A stretch of DNA of 63,676 nt, filler included, from Pirum gemmata (lineage: Eukaryota): NCBI GenBank assembly GCA_002812295.1. It is 22 parts of 22 records of this genome, joined end to end, with 100 filler letters (N's around TTAATTAATTAA, not from the genome) between each part and the next. Parts side by side here need not be neighbours in the genome. Positions count along the whole stretch, not along the records: positions 23,660 to 26,329 come from PDIN01004840.1; positions 26,430 to 29,181 come from PDIN01004841.1; positions 29,282 to 31,889 come from PDIN01004842.1; positions 31,990 to 34,741 come from PDIN01004843.1; positions 34,842 to 38,136 come from PDIN01004844.1; 17 more parts are not named here. One strand, written 5' to 3'. Of the stretch, positions 25,634 to 37,947 are shown piece after piece. The notes below the pieces were generated by a model, which searched no databases, was not told the DNA's origin, and saw nothing but the letters and a program-made list of their open reading frames with translations. Within the stretch, counting starts at the first letter, position 1. Each line of letters starts with the position of its first letter. The translations under genes and the position numbers were made by a program.

Positions 25634-27019
25634 TGCTCTAACTAGCTAGACGGTTTAATTTAATATATTTTATTATTTATCTATAATATTTTATATTGAT
25701 TTAAAAATGTCAATTTTAAGATTATAACCCTCCAAATAAATATTCAGAGTGACAAAATATTTGAAATGCACGATAATTACGAAAATAACAACAATTGCTG
25801 CAAGATGAACAGTTATAATTTTATAAACCACTAGTAGTATATATATGAACCCATTGTATATACGAATATATATAGGATTGTGCTTTTCATTTATTTTTCC
25901 CTCCGATTATTTATTTGGTTGTTTATAATATTTAAACTGATATTTTTAAATAAATATATATATAATAAAGTATACCAAATTAAATGAAATGGATTTATAT
26001 TGTATTAATTTGGTACTATTTATTTTATATTAAATTTTTATGACGACAAAATAACTGAAAAGCACGATAGTCAACTATACCCTACCGGAACAGTCAGAGC
26101 TTCTCAGTTGTTTTGTCATCATTTATAAAACATATTATACAATAAAAGTACCAGATTAATTAATACAATATAAATCCATTTAATTCAATTTGGAATGTTT
26201 TATTATCTATATATTGTTTGTTGTTTGTTGTTGCTTGTTGCTTGTTGTTTGTTGTTTGCTGTTTGTTGTTTGTTGTTTTTTTGTTGTTTGTTGTTTGTTG
26301 TTTGTTGTTTGTTGTTTGTTGTTTGTTGTNNNNNNNNNNNNNNNNNNNNNNNNNNNNNNNNNNNNNNNNNNNNTTAATTAATTAANNNNNNNNNNNNNNN
26401 NNNNNNNNNNNNNNNNNNNNNNNNNNNNNATTAATTAAAAAAACAAAAAAAAACAAAAACAAAAAAGTAAAAACAACAACAAAACACCAAGCGAAACGCA
26501 CAAAAAAATACAAAAAATAATAGACTAAACCAAACAGGAATAAATACACTGTGCTTATAGACATTGATATTATGATACACAACAGACAGAATAGGGGAAG
26601 GAGAACCAAGCCAAAAAACCAAAAAGGAAGATTAATATAATAATACTATATATATATAATAGAATATTGATTTGTATATGAATTTTTATTTGTAAATAAA
26701 AATTAAAAAAAAAAAAAAGACAAAGTAAAAAAAAAAAAAAAAAAGTCTCTAGAAATTTAAAGACCTATGGCAAGTGAGATCCAGTGTATTTTTGAAGAAC
26801 TATTTTTGATAACATTTTTTTTTTTGTTTTGTTTTTTACATAATATGATATATATCAATTTTCCCCAAAAAGCCCAAGTCCCAAAATAATTGCCCAAAAC
26901 CAGAACTTAAGAAACAGCATCATAACAATCACAATCACAATCACAATCACAATCACAATCATAATCATATTCACAATCACAATCACAATCATAATCACAA
27001 GCACAAGCACAATCACAAA

Positions 27020-27398
27020 GGACAATAACAAATAGAAAGCCATAATATACAACTAGTGTTTAACAGCTAATACAACAACAACAGGTGTAACTATGACCAG
27101 CGATATAAACTAATAAATGATATCAATATGTAAAGCGAGAAGAAATTAAGAGAAAAATAAGCAATATTACAATAACTCACACTCACAATGACACTCACAC
27201 TCACAATCACACTCACACTCACAATCACAATCACAATCACAATCACAAATAACAAATAGAGAGCCATAATATACAACTAGTGTAACAGCTAATACAACAA
27301 CAACAGCTGTAACTATGACCAGCGATATAAACTAATAAATGATATCGATATGTAAAGCGAGAAGAAATTAAGAGAAAAATAAGCAATATTACAATAAC
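27020..27398. repeat. Direct duplication of about 150 bp separated by (CACAAT/CACACT)n
   Basis: ATAACAAATAGA...AAGCAATATTACAATAAC at about 27025-27177 and 27249-27398. Confidence 0.85.
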
Positions 27399-27478
27399 AT
27401 CAGCCACTTAAGTTTTAACTTGTTTTGCATGTATAACCCTTTTAACGAACTCACAAAACAATCAAAAAAAACTTTTAA

Positions 27479-27717
27479 CAGCCAAGCCGGATAAAACTGC
27501 AGAAGTCATTTTTTTTTCAAGACTTCTTTTCTAAAAACTTTTAATTATAACTAGCCAAATATTTTTAAAAACTAGGCATTGGTTCATAATAGAGTTTTCT
27601 TAGTCAGAATATTTCTCAAATTTTGGTAGTACTTTTATTTAAAATTGGGTCATTTTGAATTTTTTCGGATTTTTGAGCTCATATGGCGGATGTCGCCATT
27701 TTTATTCGGCTTGGTAT
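27479..27717 (+). mobile_element. MITE family B, full copy with TTAA on both sides
   Basis: TTAA|CAGCCAAGCCGGATAAAA ... TTTTATTCGGCTTGGTAT|TTAA. Further copies at about 195-395, 3943, 16600, 22505 (rev), 46754-47003, 47790 (rev), 52860-53134 (rev) and 54130 (rev). Confidence 0.85.
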
Positions 27718-28697
27718 TTAAAATAAAAAGAAGAAAAAAAAAATTTTAAAAAAAAAATAACTCTTGCATTAAAAAAATAAAATTTGATACAATTATCATA
27801 ACTATCATTATATTATTTTAAAAAAAATAAAGATGATAATTGTAATATTTATAAAAAGAAATTAGCTATCATATATATACAACAACAACAACAACACAAA
27901 AAAAAATCGACTGAAATACATTATATTGAAAATTTATGTAATTTATAAATGATTATTTTATTTTTTTACATTTCAACTAAAATAATTATGTTTCAATTAT
28001 TTTTATTACATTTATAATATTCATTTATTAATAAAAATAAATAAAAGCAAATCTGACTGGTACAATATTAATTATGATAATTAACGAAAATAACCATCAT
28101 ACAACAACAACATAAATTTTAAAGATAAAAAATAATTGATTTGAAATAAAATAAAAATTGAATATTATTAATAATATAATATTTTTACCCTTCAAAAGAG
28201 CTTATAACGTGTTTTTCAATAGTGTTGCCCATTTCAAAAACTGTATATATATAGTTTGTAGTAGTTATGATAGTTGAGTTGTAAAACAAAAAAAAAAAAA
28301 TGTAAGTTTGTTTCTGAAAGAATATTTTGTTTGTTTACAAACAATAGGGAACACGAATTCCCACAAATGAAAGGAGCAAATATTTTTTATTACGTAATGC
28401 TATACGTCATTATAATATTATAAATAAAAAACCAACTATAAAATGGAACGATAATTAGAGTTTAAAATAAATTATGATGTCATAATTATTTATGACGTAT
28501 TATTTAGTGCTTGAAAAACGATATTGGTTTGTTTGTTTATCAACAAACAAACCAAAACAGCCAAAACTTTTTATTTATTTTTTATCAAATTTTAAAAAAC
28601 AAAATATAATATGACATCATAGTCGTTTATGATGTCATAGTTATAATAATTGTTTATTGATTTATTTATAATAAATGTCACTCCAAAAATGTACATA

Positions 28698-28870
28698 GAC
28701 CTGGTCAAATATACGTGGGAGATTTGGGAAAAACCATCGAATCGAGACTAGTTCGAAACTTTCGGAATTTTTCGATCTTATTTTAAAAGTGTTATCTTAG
28801 AAATTTCATAGAAAAACTTGAAACTTCGAAAAAAAAAGATTATCATTTCAAAATTGTCACTATTTAATAA
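28698..28870 (+). mobile_element. Dispersed repeat family E
   Basis: GGAGATTTGGGAAAAACCAT...GAGACTAGTTCGAA...TATCATTTCAAAA...TATTTAATAA recurs at 51708-51870 inside an intron; the left edge here reads TA|GACCTGGTC. Confidence 0.65.
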
Positions 28871-28897
28871 CTAGGATCGAGCTGTTTCATTCGATTA

Positions 28898-29043
28898 GGG
28901 AGCGTACAAATACTACGTAACGCCAATTTCCGATCAAATACAGCTTCAAATTACCCCTACCTACCTACCCCTCGACGTTAATTTCCGGTCAAATACTACC
29001 TACCTACCTGCCCCTTGACGTGACGTATTATTTGAACTATCCC
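28898..29043 (+). mobile_element. PIF/Harbinger-type (Tourist-like) MITE family C, 146 bp, TTA target duplication
   Basis: TTA|GGGAGCGTACAAATACTACGTAACG ... CGTGACGTATTATTTGAACTATCCC|TTA. Partial copies at 3655-3780, 5517-5579 (rev), 35291-35421 (rev) and 36085-36208. Confidence 0.85.
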
Positions 29044-29346
29044 TTATGTTTTCCCGTATCAGGTTCTGGTATCAGGTTATTTATTTTTTTATGGTGGACG
29101 CAACTTATACATAACAGTATCTCAAATTGTTTCAAATTTTTTGTAAGTCCGAAAAAATCCTGTTTTTTTAATTTTTTCTACNNNNNNNNNNNNNNNNNNN
29201 NNNNNNNNNNNNNNNNNNNNNNNNNTTAATTAATTAANNNNNNNNNNNNNNNNNNNNNNNNNNNNNNNNNNNNNNNNNNNNTAGGGTTAGGGTTAGGGTT
29301 AGGGTTAGGGTTAGGGTTAGGGGTTAAGGTTTGGGTCAATATTCAC

Positions 29347-31772
29347 CTGATATATGCTTACATAGTTGATGGTACCGTGTAAAAACTTCGACACATTGAG
29401 TGCAAGGATAATTTTTGGCACCCACGGACATCGAAGCTGGTCTTGCTGAAGTTCTTATGGAAGACCGTATTCTCTCTTTTAATATATGCTCCTCCGATTG
29501 CCTCCTTTCCAAAGCCTCTAGTTTTAAAGGCTTAGTCGCCTTATCCTTTATGTTGTCGTCTGTTGTTGTTGTTTTTGTTGTTGTTGTTGTTGTGGTGGTG
29601 GTGTTGGTTGTTGTGGTTGTTGACTCTGTGGTAGCATCAGGTTTATCTTTTTCGTTGGAATTTTCATTTGCTCCATCGATTCGCTCTTCAGATTTGTTAT
29701 TATCCCCACCGACACCAACGCCATCACCAACGCCATCACCATCACCACCCTCACCATCCTCACCATCACCATCTCCATTCTTATTATCCTTATTTAAATT
29801 ACCGTTCTCACGATTAACATTATCGTTAGTACTATCATTAGTATTGTTAACCGGTGTTATATTTTTATTATCATGACTTTCAACACCTGTATTAAAAGTT
29901 CGAACAGTTGAAAGTAGACTGTCCCTTGAACCGTTTAAAGAACCTTGTGAGCTGGCCCCTGGTGAACCAGGCGTTGACCTTGTGATCCCGTTACTATTGG
30001 GGGAGGTTGTGCTCCTCCCTACTAAATTTGAAACAGACACTTTACTTTTTCTACTTAATGTATGCATATCATATGATGATCTAGAAATCTTTTCCTTATC
30101 CTTGCTTAGATTTCCAGAAGACATCATTTTGTCAGGGTTACTTTTTCTTCTTCGACTCGTAGGAAGTACTAAAAGAGGGTCCTCGCTTTAATTGTTATTG
30201 TTATTATTGTTGTTATTGTTAGTATTGTTAGCATAATTATTATTAATAATAATGGTAATGGTATTAGTAACAGTAATGGTAATAGTAATGGTAATAGTAA
30301 CAGTAAAAGTAACAGTAAAAGTAATAGTAATAAAAATAGTAATAGTAACAGTAATAGTAATAGTAATAGTAATAGTAATAGTAATAGTAATAGTAATAGT
30401 AATAGTAATAGTAATAATAATAATAATAATAGTAATAATAATAGTAATNNNNNNNNNNNNNNNNNNNNNNNNNNNNNNNNNNNNNNNNNNNNNNNNNNNN
30501 NNNNNNNNNNNNNNNNNNNNNNNNNNNNNNNNNNNNNNNNNNNNNNNNNNNNNNNNNNNNAGTAATAGTAATAGTAATAGTAATAGTAATAGTAATAGTA
30601 ATAGTAATAGTAATAGTAATAGTAATAGTAATAGTAATAGTAATAGTAATAGTAATAGTAATAGTAATAGAATAATAAAAGTAACAGCAAGAGTTATAAT
30701 AACAGTGACCCTAACCCTGGCCCTAATCCTAAAAGCAACGGGAATAATAATAGTAATGACAAAAATACTATTTTATTATTGATACCTTAGCACCAATGAT
30801 AACACTAAACCCAAAGCCCAAAACCTAACACTTATTATTAGAAAACAAAAGTTTCATAATTAAAAAATTAGCTGGTTTACCTTTTATTAGTTTTTTCTGG
30901 TAAAAAAACTATCTCTAGGTTGTTACTGTCAGTCCCTAAGATCATTCCAACCTATCACATTAATAAATAACACATATTAATATTATGTTAATTTGTTGTT
31001 GTGTTGCTGTATTATTGTGCTATATTGTTGTATTGTTGTATTGTTGTATTGTTGTATTGTTGTATTGTTGTATTGTTGTATTGTTGTATTGTTGTATTGT
31101 TGAATTATTGTATTGTTGTATTATTGTATTGTTGTATTGTTGTATTGTTGTATTGTTGTATTGTTGTATTGTTGTATTGTTGTATTGTTGTATTGTTGTA
31201 TTGTTGTCTTGTTGTATTGTTGTATTGTTGTATTGTTGTATTGTTGTATTGTTGTATTGTTGTATTGTTGTATTGTTGTATTGTTGTATTGTTGTATTGT
31301 TGTATTGTTGTATTGTTATATTGTTATATTATTGCATTGTTGTAATGTTGTAATGTTGTAAGTAATGTTGTAATGTTGTAATGTTGTAGGGTTGTAGGGT
31401 TGTAGGGTTGTAGGGTTGGTTATATTGTTGCATTGTTGCATCGTTGTATTGTTGTATAGTTGTATTGGGTTAGGGTTAGGGTTAGGGTTAGGGTTAGGAT
31501 TAGGATTAGGGTTAGGGTTAGGGTTAGGGTTAGGGTTATAGGGTTTAGTGGTACCTTTTTCTCTGTATCTTTATCTTCTTTTCTCGGTATTTTAGAAGTA
31601 CGCCATCTTTTTTTCAACCCCGGATCACTGAGTCTCTTTTCATAATCACTAGTACTAGTAATATTATCCATCGAAGTTCGAGAGTTAAAACTCTTTAAGC
31701 TATTCGAATCTTCAAGCCCAACCATACTACCTGTTGTTTTCCCCTTTATCATAATCCTATTTGATGATTTGT
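29347..31772 (-). CDS. Three internal exons (31772-31555, 30951-30881, 30185-29347) of a Ser/Thr-rich protein with a C2H2-like finger
   Basis: All three have AG/GT boundaries with matching phases (0 then 2): ...DKDTEKK|VGMILGTDSNNLEIVFLPEKTNKS|EDPLLVLPTSRRRK...YPCTQCVEVFTRYHQLCKHIS|. Introns are filled with microsatellites and telomere-type repeats. Confidence 0.85.
31020..31420. repeat. Intronic (TTGTATTG)n octamer grading into TTGTAATG and TTGTAGGG
   Basis: Directly visible; source of the YCCIVVLL pseudo-ORFs. Confidence 0.95.
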
Positions 31773-32853
31773 CTGGGAAAAAGGGATAGAATTTGAGTTG
31801 GAGTAAGGGTTAGAGTTAGGGTTTGGTGCTAAGGAATAGGGGTTGGGGTTAGAGTTAAGGGGTTGGGGTTAGATTTAAGGGGTTGGGGTNNNNNNNNNNN
31901 NNNNNNNNNNNNNNNNNNNNNNNNNNNNNNNNNTTAATTAATTAANNNNNNNNNNNNNNNNNNNNNNNNNNNNNNNNNNNNNNNNNNNNGATAAAAGCCC
32001 ACCACACCATCATTCAAAGACCACCAACAAAAACTTCTACATTTTTAAAAAGTCTATCATACAAAAAAAAAATCTAATGTTGCATCTCTACTATCGGAGA
32101 ATAAAAAATTATTTTTTTAAAAGTATTACCAAACTTACCTCAACTTGTTTTGAGTTTGGCCCATATGTGATATCAAGAAATGTGATATCAAGAACGACTG
32201 GCAAATTAAAAATTGAGTTTGCTAGTTTTAATTAGGAAAAAAATCTAGGGAAAAAAATGGGGGGAAAGAAAGAAAATCAGAATATACTCGTTATATTCGT
32301 AAAAAGCAAAAAAATATTAAATATCAAAACATCAATCCAATAAGTCCAATTAGATCTCTTAATCAAACCAAAAATAATAATTACAGATGGATTATTAGCC
32401 TGTAATTTTATTTTTTTGGTAAGAAAATGAAGAAGGAAACTTAAAAGAGCAGTTTAACAACACCTCTAGATTCAGTATTGATTCAGTCTTGCTAAACATT
32501 ATATTGGTATTTATTTTCTAAAAAGTTATGAATAGATTTATTGGTACGACTGTGTACCTGGGCTGTGTACGACTGTGTATCACGATACGACTGTGCTGCC
32601 TATAATCTACCTGTGCATTTCATTATTATTGTTGGTTGCATTGATATTAAGATGTCCCCCATCCTCGGTTAGGTCATGGCCCCCTTATATCAATAAAGAC
32701 CTGTCCATTATTTAAGGAGAGGGGAAATGATGAAATCATCTTCTACCTGGTATAATCATACTATAATGTAATGGAGGGAAATGTTTTGTGCTCGAATAAT
32801 TTTCTTTCGAACACAGTTTTCCCTAGCTAGCAGTTCTCTCCTACTAGCTACTA

Positions 32854-33038
32854 TTGTGCTTTTCATTTATTTTGTCATTCTGAATATTTATTTGGAGAGT
32901 TATAATATTTAAATTGACATTTTTAAATCAATATATAGATAATAAAATATATCAAATTAAATGAAATGGATTTATATTATATTAATTTGGTACTCTTTAT
33001 TATATATTTTATAATGACAAAACAACTGAAAAGCACGA
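32854..33038 (+). mobile_element. MITE family A, full 185-bp copy with TA on both sides
   Basis: TA|TTGTGCTTTTCATTTATTTTGTC ... GACAAAACAACTGAAAAGCACGA|TA. Confidence 0.9.
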
Positions 33039-33202
33039 TAGTATCATAGCTAGCTGCTGCAAGGCAAAAATTGGCCCTAAATTCTATTTTGCCCTAAAAA
33101 GCAAGGGGTGATGATGACGTTTCCACAAAATTTTTTCTTCATTTTCAACTTTGAGAGTCAAAAATCGCCAGAAATGTGTCATCTCTAGTCTCTAGCCACT
33201 GG

Positions 33203-33357
33203 TAGGGAGTCATCCACAATAAAGGGTCACCTAATCTTACCTGTGCCTCTTTTCCGAAAACACTTTTGGTCATAATTAAAGTTCATTACTACCTAAAACA
33301 GTTTAAGTCACACTTTCGGGCAATGACTTCTATTAAAGAATAAGTGATGTCCTTTAT
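33203..33357. mobile_element. Dispersed repeat with TAAAGG...CCTTTA edges (possibly Kolobok-like)
   Basis: Reverse-complement match to 9695-9858; edges TAAAGGGTCAC / GTGATGTCCTTTA. A TTAA|AGGGACAGTC end also occurs at 514. Superfamily call is weak. Confidence 0.5.
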
Positions 33358-34960
33358 GAACGTAGCTAGCTAGTAGATGTCACAGTTCTCGGCTCTTTTT
33401 TTAGTGTAATATTATGACGTCATCTCACCCCTCCCGGCCTAGATAAGATAGATAAACAAAGTGTGTATTATTTTTTTAAAAGTAGTCTATTATTTAGTAG
33501 TTATTTAGTCTATTAGTAATTCTATTAGTCTAGTAGTCTATTATTAGTAGATATTAGTAGTCTCTATTAGTACTATTAGTTGAGTTTTTATCTTTCTTTG
33601 GAATGTATGCATGACTCTCTAACTGCCAAATAATATACAAAAAGTGTACAAAATGAGTCTATATATAAAATTGTTTTTTAAAAAATTATTAGTCTAGCTT
33701 AGTTAGTCTAGCTAGAAATTATTAGAAAATCATTACAAAGACTATAAAGTTCATTTTACCTTTTAAAATATTTTCGAGGTACCCGAAAAAAGTTAAATAA
33801 TACCAAAACCCAAATTTTACTTTGCCCTGCTAAATAGTAAAAAATGAGCAACCCCAGAGCAAAACCAGTTGCAAAAACTTTGCAAAACCATAGTTCTCAA
33901 TAGCTGTTCTCATGACATAAACGACTTTTGCAAAGTTATAATACAAAGTCTATTTTTGAATACCGTATGTAAGCAAACAACAAACAGCAAACAGCAATCA
34001 TAATCAACAAAGAACAAAGAATAAAGAACAAAAGTAACAGTTAATAATTTACGATTAACAATACACAAGTCAACACTCAACACTCCAATATTCAATATTC
34101 AATATTCAATATTCAATATTCAATATTCAACAGTAAATCTTATTTATAGCTATAATAAATATTTGTATATAGTGCGTCACTAGTACGGTTTGGGTTTTTT
34201 GTTGTTGCTGGACTGCATATATATATATCGATAATGTTGACCCAAAGATTCTCCAGATTAAGGTTCAGTAATTTCTTATTTCATTTTTTGTTAAAAAAAA
34301 CTAGATTAAATTTAAAATTAATTCTGCTGAAGTAATGCTTGTTAAACAATCAAGCACGTAACACTAAATATTATAAAGGTTAGGGCCAAAGTTTTAGTGT
34401 AAGGGTTAGTTTTAGTGTTAGGGTTTAATGCTATAGCTCAAAATTTAAAAATGCTCTGATAGTGAATGAAGACTTTAAAGGCTCACATCCTCTGAAGGGC
34501 AAAACACCCCCAAAAAACACTCTATAGTTATAACAGAACATCGAAATTATAAACCTTTGTGTAATCGCACTGTTATTCTGACTAGTACATCCGCGTATCA
34601 ACAACAAAAAGCAAAACAACAATAAGGCCAAATACAACCGGTATACAGTAACAATGACAACAATAGCTTACTTATAGTTTTTGAAATGGAGAGAAGAGCG
34701 AGCGTTGTAATTGCTAATAATAATAATAATAATAATAATAANNNNNNNNNNNNNNNNNNNNNNNNNNNNNNNNNNNNNNNNNNNNTTAATTAATTAANNN
34801 NNNNNNNNNNNNNNNNNNNNNNNNNNNNNNNNNNNNNNNNNAATAATAATATATAATTTTATAATAATATCCATATTATATGGACATCTCTAGCTAGCAA
34901 CTTTTTATACTACCGGTATGTATGATACTGCTATATAAGTCCTTGATAAGTAGTCTATTA

Positions 34961-35139
34961 TCGTGTTTTTCAATACAATGTTGTTCAGTTCAAAAACTGA
35001 AATAAACGTACCAAATTTATTATTATGGTTAAACTATCAGACATGTTTTAATTAATTAATTTTGGTATTTTATACTTAAAATGTTGTATTTTATAAACAA
35101 GTTTAATTATACACTTAAACAGTACCAAATTAAAGATTG
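34961..35139 (+). mobile_element. Family A2 repeat sharing the family A terminus (TA|TCGTGTTTTTCA)
   Basis: Reverse copy at 10618-10776; partial copies at 28208, 42209 and 47760. Confidence 0.75.
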
Positions 35140-36366
35140 AGAGGGCAACTATTTACTACTAGCAACACTACTAGCAATATCCATGAAAACCGAAATAAAT
35201 ATTATGATACTCGCACAAAACTTCAATGCTGTTTTGAATATATAAATTTTTAAAAAGTGACAATTTTACTAATAATTAATAATTAATATAGTCACGTCAA
35301 GGGGTAGGTAGGTAGGTGGTATCGTATTTGACCAGAAATTTTAACGTCGAGGGGTAGGTAGGTAGGGGTATTTGAAGCTGTAGTCTATTTGCGTTGCGTA
35401 GTAGTCTATTTGAACACTCCTTAGACTAACCCTAGCTCTAGCTAGTCTATAATAATCCGACTCTATATCATATCGATATGATAAAACATTTAGAATTTTA
35501 GACTCTCTCTAGTTCGTGCTTTTCAGTTATTTTGTCGTCATAAAATATACAATAAATAGTACCAAATTAATACAATATAAATCCATTTCATTTAATTTGG
35601 TATATTTTATTATATATTTATTTTTTNTTATTTAAAAGTATCAATTTAAATATTATAAACAACCAAATAAATATTCGGAGTGGCAAAATAAATGAAAAGC
35701 ACAATAGACTGGGGTCTGGTCTATCATTAAAAATTTTGTCAATCAAAGAACAGATTCGGGTCTCTCTCACTATCATAATATCATACTCTCTCGAGTCTCG
35801 AGTCCTATATAAAATTTAGCTATCATAGCTACTACTAGCTCTAGCTAGTTATTAGTAGAGAAACCTATTGTGCTTTTCATTTATTTTGTCACTCCGAATA
35901 TTTATTTGGTTGTTTATAATATTTAAATTGATATGAAATGGATTTATATTGTATTAATTTGGTACTATTTATTGTATATTTTATGACGACAAAATAACTG
36001 AAAAGCACGAACTAGAGAGTCTAACTAAAATTCTAAATGTTTTATCGATATGATATAGACAGTATATAGACTAGGGTTAGTCTAAGGAGTGCTCAAATAC
36101 TACGCGACGCAAATAGACTACAGCTTCAAATACCCCTACCTACCTACCCCTCGACGTTAATTTCCGGTCAAATACGATTCCACCTACCTACCTACCCCTT
36201 GACGTGACTATATTAATTATTAATTATTAGTAAAATTGTCACTTTTTAAATTTATATATTCAAAACAGCATTGAAGTTTTGTGCCAGTATCATAATATTT
36301 ATTTCGGTTTTCATGGATATTGCTAGTAGTAAATAGTTGCCCTCTCAATCTTTAATTTGGTACTGT
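35119..36366. repeat. About 1.25-kb imperfect inverted duplication containing nested MITEs
   Basis: Arm 35119-35707 is the reverse complement of 35865-36366 (A2 part, unique DNA, family C, family A), with a spacer of about 160 bp. Confidence 0.93.
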
Positions 36367-36803
36367 ATAGACCTGGTTTTTATAGACTCTAGCTAGGGTT
36401 TTTATAGAACTGTCTACGAATCTACGATACTATGTATGTAAGCTAGCTGCGAGCTGCTAGCTAGCTATGATAGTACTGCCTACCAGGACTATGACTATTA
36501 CCAGTAATACCAGATATGATAGCTATCGTGAATCGTGATAGCTATCGATACTACTACTAGCTAGCTAGGAGTCTAACTAACATAGTTAGCTAGCTATGAT
36601 ATGATAGTAGAAGAGTTATTATATCTAGAGTCTAGCTAGTATCATTTGACATAGTAACTACTAGCTAGAGCTAGAGCTAACTAGCTACTAGCTAGCTAGC
36701 TACTAGCAGAGTTATCATAGATTCATATCATAGATTACCACTGTTATTATTCTCTGTAGAGGACCCTCGAGGACCGTCTGAAGACGTTATTAACTAACGT
36801 TTA

Positions 36804-37094
36804 GGGAGCGTTCAATAATTACGTAACGCTGGGGGTAGGTAGGGGGGGCCGGATTTTTGTGACAGGCCGTGACGCAGTAGGGGGGTAGGTTTTCGTAATA
36901 TGACATAACGCAAAAAAAAATATATATCCCTATATATATATATAACATGAGGGGTAATTTAGGGTACTATTTTTTCCAAATCGTTACGTCATAAGGGGTA
37001 GGTAGTCCTTCTCAAACGTGATAGGCTGTTACACGGGGGGTAGTAGGGTAGGTTTTTGTCCCAAATCGGCGTTACGTAATTATTGAACGCTCCC
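36804..37094. mobile_element. 291-bp MITE with perfect 26-bp TIR, PIF/Harbinger-like
   Basis: GGGAGCGTTCAATAATTACGTAACGC ... GCGTTACGTAATTATTGAACGCTCCC; flanks TTA / TAT; terminus resembles family C. Confidence 0.9.
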
Positions 37095-37528
37095 TATCGA
37101 TAGTAGCTCAAGTAGTAGCTACAGTAGCTAGCTAGTTAGCTATCGATAGCTAGCTAGCTAGCTAGAGCTCACAAATGCATAGCTAGCTACTAGCTAGCAG
37201 CTAGCTAGCTAGTGTATGATAGACAGTGGTAGACTATGATATAACTGTAGACTATAGACCTAATAGCTAACTTAGTATAGCTAGTAGCTAACTATAGCTA
37301 GGGTCTGCCAGAACCTTTTTTAATTAAAATAATTAAAAAAAACTCTGGCTAGCTAGAGGTCTACACCCCACAGTGTCACTCTACACTACTGGCTATCAAT
37401 AGCTAGCTAGAGGGTATATAAGACTAGGGTATATATCTATGGCATTTAGTGAAATAATCATTTTAGTCTATATATTATTTTAATTAATGTTATTATATTA
37501 TTACTGTGTTATTATTACACTATTTTTA

Positions 37529-37577
<49 letters not shown>

Positions 37578-37603
37578 NTAATAATAATAATAATAATAAT
37601 AAC

Positions 37604-37635
<32 letters not shown>

Positions 37636-37652
37636 TAATAGACAATAAATAC

Positions 37653-37947
37653 CTCCAAGTTCCTTTGACTTACAGCAGCAGCAACAACACGAAAACAAGC
37701 AAGGGATTAAATAAAAAACCAAAACAAAAAGCACAAATATAGAAAGACTAACTTGACCGACTAAACTAGGATCTTCGCCAATCATTTGAAAAATTTGAGG
37801 ATTGGAAAAATCAATGTTTACGCCAGCGTTATTATTATTATTATTATTATTATTTCCAAAACTAGGATGATATTTAGCATTTTCGAAATTATCATATTCA
37901 AGGTCTACATAATCACCCCCAGGCTGATAGCTCTCCTGTTTTGCAGC
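37653..37947 (-). CDS. Orphan exon: TM helix followed by a six-Cys cluster (prominin/tweety-like layout)
   Basis: TTTTAG|GCT ... GGA G|GTATTT; open frame AAKQESYQPGGDYVDLEY...QVSLSIFVLFVLVFYLIPCLFSCCCCCCKSKELG. Confidence 0.75.

Noticed and set aside
34234..34531. Possible two-exon mini-gene MLTQRFSRLSSKFKNALIV...
   Set aside because: Splice phases fit but the product is only about 39 aa with no homology cue; not supportable without transcripts.
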